Source: Adineta vaga (taxonomy: Eukaryota > Animalia > Rotifera). From it: a stretch of DNA of 64,000 nt. The stretch is taken from positions 744,001 to 808,000 of the forward strand of contig CP075492.1 of NCBI GenBank assembly GCA_021613535.1, read 5' to 3'. The position numbers and the translations under genes were made by a program. Position 1 is the first letter of the stretch; each line of letters begins with the position of its first letter. The notes under the pieces are model-generated. The model was given only the letters and a program-made list of their open reading frames with translations. It did not search any database and had not been told where the DNA came from. Positions 39,255-52,026 of the stretch are shown here, piece by piece.

Positions 39255-42200
39255 TTATTTATAGTTTTTTGTTGACACCTTTCTAACGCCGAACTCTTGA
39301 TTTTGTGCATTCTTGACCTTGATGAAATTATTTTTATTAGCTTCTGGAATTGTATTCCATTCTTTGACATTATTTTTGCTAGAATCTTTTTTGTCCATGT
39401 GATCATCACAAACACCTAAGAATTGAATGTGTAATTGTCCGCTATTAGACGGTTTCCATTTAAATAGAAATCGAGCTGCACCTGGACCTTGCTGTTCATG
39501 GAATAGACGTGATGGATCGACGGTAAAACATCCTTCAAGATCTCCCTCGAGTGAATGTAAACCCTCAAGTGATCGTGAATTCGAATCACGTCCACCTTTC
39601 TCTTTATAGTCCTTTCTTGACATTTGCAGTGATTCTAGCAAATCTTGATCTTCTGAATTGTTCAGAGTCTCGATAACAGATTGCAGATTCGACAATACTT
39701 TCGTAGATTGCTCCTTTAGATTTTCTTCATTTGATATATTGACTTTACCGTTCTTAGATTGTTTTTCTAAATTCGATATAATTTGCTTTTGTGTATTATT
39801 CAATTGTTTTTGACCGCCTTCACCCATGAGTTCCTTTCGACGAAGTGGATTTCGTGTTTGATTGATAATACTCACCGCTGGATGAATACCAGAAATGAAA
39901 TTTGGATTAGTCAAAATGAACGCAGCGCATTGTGTTCGCATTTCTTCAACTGATGGGAATTGACCTCCAGTTTTGCTCATAATAGTAGTATACATACAAT
40001 CATTTAAACCACCGGTAGCTGTAGTACCCCCCACTGCTTCATAATGACCATCAATTGTTTTTCCAGTTGTTGTGTCTACCTTTGGGGGTGTATAGACCAT
40101 TTGAATACTTTCATTGTTGCTATTCATTTCTCCAGTCGTATCTTGTTGAAGTACTGTAATTGGCTTCTTAGTTAATATTGCCATAACACATAATTCAATA
40201 ATCCCACCTTGTTTGCCATTCTTCACACCAAGTGCAAGTTGTTCATTCATAGTTGGTGGGTTTTCACCTTCCTTTTGAGATCGCTCTTCGAGTTGATCAA
40301 GTTTTTGTTTTGCATTGGGATCGAACTGAAGTTCACCTTTGTTATATCGATCAACAAGATCATTAGCAATGCCATGAATGTAACGTTTGGCTCCTTGTTC
40401 CATCAATTGCTCTGGCACTGTTCCATTTGGATCTAGTTTGAGTTGGATACTTGTTGACAGACTAGCAATTGATCGAGAGATAACGTAATTCATCATTGGT
40501 GTAACCATTGTGCCATAGAGAATTGCGCAAACCTGATCGGCTAACATATCGACAATACGTTTCTGAAATATACTAGAACGTAAAGAACGATGATGCCGTG
40601 CTTCAATCATTTTCATTAATACTATTTCAACACAATGTCGATGATGATCTTCTTGAAATCTAACGTGGCATAATCGATTAACTAATTTCTCTCTTGGTGT
40701 TCGTCCAGATTCATCTGGTGCTTGTCGAAAACTCGCAATATTACTTAAAGCGTTTTCGTCTTCGTTCTGATTTTGAGTGAATCGAATATCGAGAAAACCA
40801 TGTGTATTGAGAATCTTTCCGTCAATCAGCACTTGAACAATGTCTTTTGTAGTGGAACTAGAAAACTCTTGATTCGATACATGAAGAAGTAGATCTTCAA
40901 AAGATGGCATTTTTTCCTCCAATAATTGTAATTCTCTTTTATATTGAATAAAGAAAGAATCACTCAGCGTTCGAATTTCATTGGCGCCTTTGAGTATTGG
41001 TCCAACTGTCATCAGTAATTGAGCTGTTTGAATACAACCAGTTGCAGCACCTGACTGACTTGTAAGTTGTCGTGCATGATTGAGAAAAGCATTCGTAATA
41101 CCTTTGGATAATGATTTCATAGTTTCAATAAATTGGTCTTTATTCTTCGTTAGAATATTCATTGCAATCTGTTCAATTTGATTTTGCCATTCGTCTTTCT
41201 CATAGTAAAGATCGATGGCGAGTGCTCGATGGACAATATGTTGATAATGTTTGTCATTCTGCTGAATTCGAACAATTGTTTCAATTTCTTCTTCAATATT
41301 TGACTTTACTTGAGAAAGAATGCTTTGATACGCACTATCGGAAAAGTAATTAGCCAGTTCACGAACACCTGTTTCTAGACAAATGACAGCCACTTGTTTG
41401 AAAGCCAATGACCAACTAGTGCTTGAAATTCCTGTTATAGTACCTTCACCAACTCTTCGAAAACTGTTCTTAAAAATAGCCACTGTTCCTTGACGAGTTG
41501 CTTGTAGAACTGATGCTGTTCCAGTTACTCCAACTGCTTGAGCACCTTTAGCCGCTTGTACAACGGCCGAGAAACCCAATGATGTGAAACAAATAGCAAG
41601 ACTAACACCTTTCTGAATAGCATAATCTTTCCAAGAGAATCGTCGAGATATTGCACCACGTACACCAAAAACAATATCGTTTACACCTTCACCGATTAAT
41701 GAAATTCCAAGACTAACACCAAGACCACCTGTAAGTGCAGCCAAACAGATGCCGCCAGCAATTTGACCAGCACCAAGGACAACGACCACACCGACACTGA
41801 TCCATGGTCGTGGATCGAGTTCATCAATACTAATCAGAAGATTGATGCCCAACAATCCATAAGCATTTAACTCTTCATACAATTGTTCAGATTTTGTGAA
41901 ATGTTCTGTGAGACGTTTCATATTGCTTTTGATATCTTGTTCTTTTCGATTGAATTTGTCGATTTGTTTGGCACGTTTAATCGATAAACCTTCGATTATT
42001 AGAAGAAAATTTCGATCGGTTGTCTTTTCAATCAATTTTTTCGTTTTAGATTTTGATAAATTTTGAAGTTCATAGTTGAATGGTTTTTGTACATTTTCAA
42101 TTATCTTTGATAGATCTTCGATTCTTAATGAATGATACGTCAATGTAAAACTAGGTTTAGTCACTATAGATATAATAAAATTCGCTTGTTCTATCTCGAT

Positions 42201-45200
42201 AGATTTGAAGAGAATGGACTCGATTGATGAAGCATCGTCTTGGAGAAAGCTCAATGCTTGAAGAACTGTCATCGGTAATTGTTGTTCTTTGGTAATTAAT
42301 ACCATAGTTTCGTCCATTTCTGCTATTTGTCGAGTCTTTTTATTTATTTTTTTCTGTTTTCTTTCTCGTTCGTTATGGAGTAATATCACATGTTCATTAA
42401 GAGTTTTAATCAATTTGAGATAATCATCGATAGTTGCTGTTAATTTCAAATCAATATTTTTTTTTGATAATTTCATCAATGATTGAATTTCATCGGAATC
42501 GACATAATCAACGTTTAATCGAACTTTGCATGAAGTAATTATCTTTTCAAGTTCTTCAATTTTCTCTTTTGACCCATCGAAAAAACGCATAGAAATATTT
42601 TCGTTTTCTGATAAAATATCGAGTAATTTCAAAGCTTGATCATGTTTCCAAAGATCTTGATGACATTTCAAACTATGAAATACTAAATTGACTGTACCAC
42701 TAGATTCGTTGAGTATTGTTTTTACTTCGTCACGGTATAATTTCGTTTTAATCGTTATTCGATTACAATTGTCTTCGTCAATAATAATCACATCCGTTAA
42801 TTTCTGTGAATCGTCGATTGTTCGAATAGCTTGACTAAGATAATTTTGATAAACTTGCAGAATTTCTACTTTCATTTGTGTTTGTTTGATTAAATCGTCA
42901 AAGATCAATTCATCGTTAGATTTCTTTGTTTCTAATTGCATACTATGTAATTGAGGTAAAATATTTTGACCGAGAATTTCTTGTGCTCGAGTAAGGTAAG
43001 ATTTCGCTTTAACTTTGTAGAGTTTTATTGATTTTTCTTGATCAATGAGAAAATGAGCAAGAGTAGCTTGCGCTGTAAAAGTGAATATTGGATCAAGTGC
43101 AATAGATTTTTCTAGACGATCAGTAACATCTTTATAAGACAATGCACGTTTCTCAGTCCACGGTAAAACTTCAAACCAAGCTCGAGCAGCATTCGACCAA
43201 GTTGATAATTGACTGATCATTGTGTCTGCTTCCATCAATATATAGCATGGATTTCTAATGAAATCTTCTTTCTGATATTCATTGATCATTTTCTTTGTAA
43301 ATGTTGTTAATCCAACTTCGAAATCATGATCAATAATCGTTGTTGATAATTTTTCATTGAGGAATTGTTTTTGTTCTTTTGCTTGGTCGAGAAAATTTTT
43401 AGTTGAATCAGCAACTTTTTTCAGTTTATCGAAAAGTTTCTGTTTTGTTGATTTCTTTTGTCGTTCTGGTTTTTTATCTGCTGATGTAGCATCATCAGAT
43501 TCAGTTGGTCGAATAGAAAAGTGATATGAACCAACTTCGTAACCAATGAGACATGTATGAACAGCATCATCTCTTTGATAGATATGAGGAGAACGAGAAT
43601 CAGTTCGATAAATAATCAGATTGATATTCAATGTTTCACTGGTAGCTTGATGACGTTCTTCTTCAGTTATATTTGGATAGTCCTCGGCATGTTTGATTAT
43701 ATGTTCAATGACTTGATCCTTTATTTGTTCATTAGTTAATTTATAATCCAGTTGTCGTTCGATAGTATGGAAAAAACTGTGACCATCTTGTGGAACATTT
43801 TCTATTTTCAAGCCTTGTCGTTCAAGAAAGAGACGAAGAGCTAAACGATTTTGTGTGACATAATCCATCGATTTTAACCATAGACCCCACTGCTCTTTCA
43901 CGCTAAGAAGTCGATAAACATTATCATTTTCTTTTCTTAATTTATCTAATAATTCACAGAAACATTGAAATAATTTATCCTTTAATTGAATATCGGTAAT
44001 TTCATCTCTCTGTATTCGTTCGAGATGAATTCGTTCGGCTTGTTCACGCCAATCACGAAATAAATTCAATGGATGAGCAAAAGATTTCTTGTAAATATTC
44101 TGATATTCTGGATAATTAATCATTAATTGTTGAAATGTTCGATCTCTACTAAGAATCATTTGAGATGTTCCTCGTTGACCTTGACGAGATGTTCGACCAA
44201 ATGCTTGTTCTTCTACACGAAGATTATTTGGTAAAAATGTTAAACAAACATGTAAACCACCATTCTGTTCAACAGTCGAACTTGTTTTCAAATCTGTTCC
44301 ACGTCCAGCAAGATTGGTTGCTACAATAATTTCACCTGCTTGAATTTGATTACCAACAACATTGGATTCAACAGCATCTGTATTGTCTGTATAAAGACGC
44401 ACTAAACATGTTGGATCTGCACGTTGTATCTGTTTACTAATAGTCTTCGCATCTAATCGCGTTTCACAGATTACTAAAGTACCACGTTGTTTTCGAGCAT
44501 TGCTAACTGTTTCAGAAACAATCGTCTGTAACCATTCACCATCATTTTCAGTAAGAATCGTCGGTAATTGAATGTGCCGTTTCTGTTTAAATGATGGAAT
44601 AATAATAGTATCAACATGATAAATTTGATCAAGAAGCTTTTGAGCATCATGTGAACCAATGGTTCCCGTTAAACCAAAGATATTTTCACCGTAACGAGTG
44701 AATAGACCAACATTCGACAGATAATTCGTTGTTACTGTCAATGTTGTCATTTTTAGACCATGTTTAATTTGTAAAAATTGATGTAAACCATCACTCCAAG
44801 TTGTGCTTGGTTGAACAATACCAGTATTAGAAAAATCAATAGGCATAATGCGTTTTGTACGTGTTTCATCAGGTTTGATCATATAATGATGATCTAATCG
44901 ATATTCAATTTTCGCTAAAATTGCATGATCAACCCAGGTTGGAATTGATTCATGAACAAATTGCGTCAAATGTGTGGGAGTTTTCAAATCGGAATTCGAA
45001 TCAGACAAGAGTTGTATAATATTATCAATTATTATATCCCGTTTAGATTCTGGTTTTGCTTCAACATCGATTGCGCGCCAAATACCAAATAGTAGTGGAT
45101 TAAGCCATTCCATACCGGGTAATTGATCAGCTAAACGAGCCAATGTACTATTTTCATCAATCAACATACTATCAACTTCATCAATAATGACAGCATCAAA

Positions 45201-46700
45201 ACGACGTAATAGATTCTTTTCTTTATTCAATGTTCGTGTATTCAGCAAACTAAATTCATGACGAAGAAGATCAAATTGAAATTGACTAGAATTTCCGTAA
45301 ACAACATCAGCATGATAGCATTGTTTTGGTCCTGATGTATAACTTGTTTCATCATTATTATGTGCAACGGTAATGTTAAAATATTCATAGAATGATTTTC
45401 TTTCTTGTGCATCACGTTTAGCTAAAGTCATTGAACTAGTGATAATATCGACATGTTGCTTTTGTAAAGCTTTGATGGCAGCCAATATGGATACTACTGT
45501 TGATTTGCCTTCACCAGTTAAAATTTGTAATAATCGTCCACCTTGAGATCTGACATCGAGAAGGATTAAAATGGCCAAAATTTGAATAGGTCGTGGTTCA
45601 AAATTTGAATCAAGATAAATAGCGCGTTTCATTACGGCAATCATTTCCAATAATGTTGATTGAAATAAATTATCTAATTGACGAACATATTTTGCCTAAT
45701 TTTGAATTGTTGATTTGGACCATGATTGAATTGATTCTTTACATGAGATAATTGTAGAATTAGTTTTATAAATAGATTCGATTGTTCGATACTTTTTCAA
45801 TAAAATTTCTCTGTCGATTAGTGGATTCGAAGCATGAAGTTCGTTTAATAATGTATTTAAATTTTTTTCTGAACTATTTGAACCAAAATGATGCTCAATC
45901 ACTCGATTGTAAATCTTTCTTGACCAACTTTTAATATCATTTTCACTAAGAATCAATTGTAAATGAGAACTAATATTTGAATCTATATTGTAATCGACAA
46001 GAATCTTTAAAACATCAATCAAATGAAGTAAATTTTCTGATGCATCTGATGTTAATCTAGTTTCTGTTTGAGCTTTAAGTATATCGTGTAATTTTGTTAT
46101 CGTCCATTTACGTTCAATCAACTTTTGAAGAAGAAGTCGAGCCTTGGATAAATTCCTATTTGATCCAATCCAATATGATTTTAATATTTTTCCAATCACT
46201 ATGAACTGGATCTTTTTTTCTAATGTTTCAAAATTTGTTGGACTTTGACCTTGAAAAAAGACTTCAATCAAATCTGTACTAGTCAAACTATACGTATTGA
46301 ATAGTTCCAAGATAGTTAAAATATCATCGATTGATCGCATTAGTTAGAGGCATGAACTAATGAATATTGCTGAAAGTTGTTCTTGTTCAGTGAGACGTTG
46401 AATAATATGATTGATTAACGATGCATCGTATTGTAGTTGTCTAAATTGTCCGAACAATTGATCTTCAATGTAACAGGAACGTATCTTTATTAGCCAATCA
46501 ATTTCATTAGATTTAAGGATGATTAATGGTCTGTCTGTTGATGTTTTGGCATAGATAAGAATATCATTAATAGTAGATAAAGATAATGATTGTATACGTT
46601 GTTTGTTAATCAAATGTCGTAGAAAAGTATCACGTTGTTCATTGAAGATACAATAGTTTTTCCATAGTTCTAATTGCGTTACGTATGAATGTTTCATCAG
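39255..46700 (-). CDS. Giant intronless SecA-like ATPase / OTU-like / hydrophobic region / permuted protease / RelE-like toxin protein (5' part interrupted by two stops)
   Basis: Full set of SecA motifs: TGEGKS, TLAKRDA, YGNSSQFQFDLLR, DEVDSMLIDE, WSDGLHQFL, GLTGT, ATNLAGRGTD, GRTSRQG. ORFs 46344-46703, 45696-46340 and 39255-45650 are in the same frame, separated only by TAA and TAG. Confidence 0.85.
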
Positions 46701-49660
46701 CATCTAATGGTAAATCGCTTAAACGAATACTCGGTTGAGACGGTCGAAATTTCTTGCCACATTCTCGGCAGTCGACTATGTACGAAGAAAATGTAGCTGC
46801 TACTTGTTCAGAACTTATCGCATGACTGTTAGGTCGCGTAATTATGGTTAATTGACGGCCCTAAATATTTTTCGTATTCATGTATGTCCTTGTGCTTGAT
46901 GAAAAGAATACTGAATTTTTTCGATGAATATAATATGATGATATGCGTTCTGAAGCTCGTTGAAAAGCCTCAATGGAGTTAAAAATAATGTCAAATGGCA
47001 ATGCCTCATATTCAACATTATTATGTCTGCCTGTACGCCTGTGACTGAGTACAAAATTATTCTTTTTAATATCTTGACGGTGGATGTCAAATTTTCTTTG
47101 AAGCCAAAAATAAAGTTCGTCTATAGTATCACATGGTACATGTTCAAGATCCAGCCGCAATTGATCTTCTATCTTTTCAATGTTTGTACAGATGAGACCA
47201 CAATGAAGTATTTGTGTCTTCTCTAATAATTCTGACCAAACTTTTTCTAAGATTGATTGTAAAATTGGCTTAACAGTAGACTCATCTGAATCCATACCCC
47301 AAATATTTAACTGACAGATAGTTTGATCGTATTCATATACTATCCATGTGTACCATGGTTCCTTACGATATTCATTGAATTTTTTATGTATTTTACAATT
47401 GGCTAACTAACCTATGTTTTTTTTCACTGAAGACAATACGTATTGGTACAGAATTCAAATCTTGAGATGGTACTGGATGCAATACATCGACAAGATAATC
47501 ACCTGCTGACAGTTGAGTAATCGACATCGATACAAAATATTGATTAGACGCACACCTGTGGCTGGTAGATGGCATACAACAAGATGACCCAAATGTTCTG
47601 GAAAAAGCTCATAAAGATATTTTCCGATTATATCTCGTTCGTTATCCGTGAAAGATATGTCTCTACCGACGGCTAGTTTCCATTTTAGATTCGTAATAGT
47701 TTTTATGTAAAATTGAACCGAGTTATCAATGATTTGAAGGATCTTATTGTTTAGACCGTTTGTATTAGCATATTGAGCTCGACATGTTTTGCAAGGATCG
47801 AGATATTGTGAAACTGATTTATCGCATGTCAAACACTTTTTAGCTATTTGGTCGATAATACCTGTCTGCTTCCAGCGTAATATACGTCACATAAATGAAA
47901 CAAAATCACTATCATATTGATGAACACTAAGAGCCACGAGAGCACGAGCTTCATCTTTAGTTTCTTTTGTAATTCCACCTATGTAAAAAAGTGAATTTGG
48001 TGCTGAGAGAATAGCAACGATTGTAGCAGTGCGAGTTTAAAGATACTTTTTGCCACCAATACCTGTATAGGCTTTGGCCATCGAAGCACTAAAACAAGGA
48101 TCAAGTGATAATTCGGAAAAGAGTTGGCCACGTATTGTTAAAGTTTTATTACCATCAATGCAAGATAAACGAGTAAGTAAATCAAATGTATTCGTGATTA
48201 AATTCAAATCAGGTTGGTCAAGAAATGGAAAGGTCTTTGAATCGAGACCTAACCGTAATATTTGAAGAATAGTTAAATCTAGTAAAGAACGAAGAATTTC
48301 AGGTTCAATATGTTCTCGTTTGAAGTCATTTTTATTGTAGAGACGTATACAATGACCATCACTAATAGTTCGTCCTGCTCGACCTTTTCGTTGCTGTGCT
48401 GATGAATGTGAAATTTGTATAGTTTCTATAACTGTTAGACGACGTTTTATATCAAAACGAGCTTCTTTAGCCAGACCAGAATCTATTACTAGACGAACAT
48501 TGTTTATAGTGAGCGACGTTTCCGCAACATTAGTACAAAAAACGACCATTCGTCGTTTCTCATTTTCATCATCAAAGTTCAATACTTTATCTTGTTCTTC
48601 AAGTGACATCGATCCATAGAGTGGCAAAGCTACACAATCTTTTGGAATAAAGCCGTCGTAATGACCTTCAGATTCACCGTCATACTCATTAGCTACTCGA
48701 CGGGCTAACAACATAGTAGCAACAGCACTTGGCTGAGTACAAACAATAAGACCATCTCGAAAATATTCAGTTGCATATTGAGGTAATTGAGTGCTCTTAC
48801 CACTACCAGTTTCGGCTCTTACAATCAATACCCTTTCAGTCTTCAATCGTCGACAGAATTCAGTACGTGAATTAAAAATAGGTAAGTTTGCTCTCATGCG
48901 TTCTTTCATACGTTGTTCGAATGACCTCAGTTTCTGTCGGTCAGAATATGCATTTCGCAAAACTTCAGTATTTACTGAAGCAATATCGTCACATTGCATT
49001 TCATTATCAATTGAGTTCTGAAGGAGTGAATCATTAACTGATGATTGGCGAGCTACCTTCCTTGGTGACGATGTACTTGATGAACTTCTTGATCGTTGAC
49101 TTCTTTTCTCGTTATATTATATTATAAGGCTTTATTTTAAGGCTATCAAGTAAGTACGACATAGTCAACTCGGTTTGAAATCACTTTAAAAAAGATGTCA
49201 AAAGAATAGTTTGAAAAGATAGATAGAGTAGAGGGTAAAAGAAAGGTAAAGACAATTTAAAAATGACTGCCAGCTTGATCGATTAATTGTAGAATTTAGT
49301 TGTTATAGGTGATTGTATGATTATGTTAATTTTGTGTGAAACACAGCACATGGTCGAATAATGTTACTCGCTGTTGTTTTATTCTATTTATGATATTTTC
49401 TAAAATTCTTCCTCGTTCGAGAATTTCTCTTCTTTGTTCTATCAAAGATGGATTTGTCAAATATTCATTGAAGAAAATGATCGACAATTTGTGTTGCAAA
49501 AAATCTTCGATAACGCTTGAGTTCGTTTCTAGTATTGTACAAGATAGTTTGTTCCAGTGGATGAGAGAGTGTGTTTGCATACATATGTTTGGCTTGAGCT
49601 TAATCTTATCAGCTTTGCTTGAAAAAATTAGAGGTTTAATAGATCTGAGAACTTAAAGAT
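46640..49660 (-). pseudogene. Decayed DEAH/RHA-type RNA helicase region with HA2 and RRM-like remnants
   Basis: ETGSGKSTQLPQY, TQP, TNVAETSLTI and QRKGRAGR are present but motifs II/III are deleted. Several stops and frameshifts; IRLSDLPLDADETFIRN (RRM-like) near 46700. Confidence 0.8.
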
Positions 49661-49667
49661 CGCATAG

Positions 49668-49722
49668 AGAGGGTGTGGGTGTGGATGAAAGTAGGAAGAA
49701 TACCCACACCTACACCCACACA
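49668..49722. repeat. Telomere-repeat palindromic mini-element
   Basis: GAGGGTGTGGGTGTGGATG-core-ACCCACACCTACACCCACAC. Confidence 0.8.
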
Positions 49723-49959
49723 CGTACATAAGACATATATAAAAGAACACAAAGAGAAGAAAAGAAAAGTTAGAGATAACAAAGTATTAGCTGTTATCGC
49801 TAACACAAATTTTTTTCATTCTTCTTTTCTTTTTCTTTACGCGTGTCAGCATTCACCAATACGACAGTTTTTCTTTCTTTCTTTTCTTTTGAAGAAGAAC
49901 AAACATGTTATTTCATATTTTCGCTTCGTTATTTTGTCAGCTACTCGTTCGCTCACAAA

Positions 49960-50210
49960 TAGGGGTGTTACTTTATTCTTTATTATAAAGTAAAATAAAG
50001 AATAAAGGAAAAACTTTTGTCTCAAATGCCTCAAATAAATAGTCCATAAAAACATATGAGATCAGAGGGAATGTCACTGATGACAAAATAAGAATTGAGA
50101 TCAATATTTCCTATTGCTATATGAGTTATTTTTGCTGTTTATCACGTAATAAAAAATTAGTTTCTTTATTCTTTATTTTAAAGATAAATAAAAATAAAGT
50201 AACACCCCTA
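49960..50210. mobile_element. hAT MITE with 8-bp TSD
   Basis: TIR TAGGGGTGTTACTTTATT / AATAAAGTAACACCCCTA; TSD CTCACAAA at 49952-49959 and 50211-50218. Confidence 0.92.
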
Positions 50211-50763
50211 CTCACAAAGGCATCTTATCCATTTTTAGTTAGAAATCGTAAGAAACAACATGACTCATTTTATCTGTTTAACTACAAAAGTATATAGAAA
50301 AAGAACAGGTTCGTAGCGGCAGTACCACAGAAAGTAAGTCGACAGCTCACCTCTAGAACAGTGGATTGAGGAGACAGTAAACTCTTATTGTTAGCCTTTC
50401 AAAGTAGTATAGTTTAACAGGAAAAATGCGGGTTAAAAGGAAAGTTAACAAAGAACTCTAGGCAGACAATAAAAAAAAACAACTTCTTATCAGACTCGGC
50501 TCCAAGCCTTGCTCAAAATAAGTTTGTTTACGAACTTACTTCATAACAGCTGCCATATGCGCACTTGGTAAAATTTTGAAACTGTATTATTTGTCATTTT
50601 ATCTTCTATTATACAGCTTCATTCATATTTATTACTGCACGATCGTCTGCAGTAACCATCGAACAAAGAATTTTCAGCTATAAAAAACTACATACACAAA
50701 CGCCACACTCCAAGGTCGACGCCGAGGTGCATAACGTCCAGTCGGTTCTTCAAGAATACACCA

Positions 50764-52026
50764 ATGTCGAAATTTAACATCCTCATATCCGGTTCCGGTA
50801 TCGCTGGTGGTGTCTTTGCATCCTGGCTGCTCCGTGCCTACCCCAAAGCCAACATCACCATAGTTGAGCGCGCTCCTTCACTCCGTCTGACTGGTGCCAG
50901 CGTCGACATACGCAGCACAGCCGTGGACGTCATCAAATGGATGGACGCGGAACAGAAGATCCGCAACCACACCACGAAAGAAGAAGGCATTCAATTCGTA
51001 AAAGCAAATGGCAAGGCCATCGCAACATTTGGAGCGACAGGCAGGACAGACATTCAGAGCATCACATCCGAGTTCGAGATCTTCCGCGGAGAGCTTGCAA
51101 AGATCTTCATCGATCCAGTCATCAAACGGGTAAAATTCATCTTTGATGAGTCAATCGACAGCTTTGACCAGCGTGGCGACGAAGTGGTCGTCACCTTCGC
51201 GAAGAGCAAGGAAGTGAAGACGTACGACCTTCTCGTGGCCGCAGATGGCCTTGGTTCGAATATTCGCGGCATGATGCTAAACAGCAGGCCACGTGAGCAA
51301 ATCTATGACGAGGGCATTCATATAGCATACTTCACCATCAAGAGAGACCTTCTCCAAGGCTGCCGCCTGGCAAAATGGTACAATGCGACAGGTGGACGTT
51401 GTATCTTCTTGCGTCCCGATCCCAATCCAGCTGGCCGCACCAGAGGTCATCTCATGAATATTACCACAAGAAAAGATATTCAAACAAAGGAGAGACTCAA
51501 TGAAGCTATAAGCGAAGGTAACGAAAGCTACATGCAACTGATGGAAGAGATGTTCCATGACGCAGGCTGGCTTGCACCAGAGGTACTGCGAGGCATGCGC
51601 GAAAGCGACGACTTCTACTGCAGTCTGTTTGCACAGGTCAGATCACCGAAAATCTACGATGGTCGCGTGGTCCTACTTGGCGATGCCGGCTACGCTACAT
51701 CCGGCTTTGGCACCAGTCTCGCAATTATGGGCGGTTATGTTCTTGCTGGAGAGTTATTGAATCATCCTGGCGATGTAAAAACAGCCTTGAGACGGTATGA
51801 AGAGCTCATGTTACCGTTTGTAAAGTATTCGCAGAGCACGTTTCCAGCAATGCAGCTGCTCAATCCGCAGACACAGTGGGGCATTAGAATCAGGAATACG
51901 ATTTTAGGTTTCGTGACAAAGACGAAGCTCGATCAATTGGCAATGACTGTATCTTCGGCGCTGGGTTTCTCAGAGAAGAAATTCCCCATGCCTGATTATC
52001 AGTGGCCGGCTAAATCTGAATACTAG
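50764..52026 (+). CDS. FAD-dependent monooxygenase/oxidoreductase (FAD_binding_3/UbiH-like), likely recent horizontal acquisition
   Basis: GSGIAG (Rossmann), DLLVAADG and VLLGDAGY motifs. Intronless, roughly 50% GC against roughly 30% in the surroundings (estimated by eye). Confidence 0.92.
   Translation: MSKFNILISGSGIAGGVFASWLLRAYPKANITIVERAPSLRLTGASVDIRSTAVDVIKWMDAEQKIRNHTTKEEGIQFVKANGKAIATFGATGRTDIQSITSEFEIFRGELAKIFIDPVIKRVKFIFDESIDSFDQRGDEVVVTFAKSKEVKTYDLLVAADGLGSNIRGMMLNSRPREQIYDEGIHIAYFTIKRDLLQGCRLAKWYNATGGRCIFLRPDPNPAGRTRGHLMNITTRKDIQTKERLNEAISEGNESYMQLMEEMFHDAGWLAPEVLRGMRESDDFYCSLFAQVRSPKIYDGRVVLLGDAGYATSGFGTSLAIMGGYVLAGELLNHPGDVKTALRRYEELMLPFVKYSQSTFPAMQLLNPQTQWGIRIRNTILGFVTKTKLDQLAMTVSSALGFSEKKFPMPDYQWPAKSEY

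Noticed and set aside
39255-45650. Bacterial secA from a contaminant
   Set aside because: It is far longer than SecA with unrelated fused domains, has host-like AT content, has no operon context, and is flanked by intron-containing genes and host repeats.
1560-46346. Alternative genetic code or stop readthrough, since stops often fall at Trp positions
   Set aside because: TGA, TAG and TAA all occur, frameshifts coexist, and intact genes use TGA, TAG and TAA as normal stops. Simple G/C-to-A/T mutation explains the pattern.
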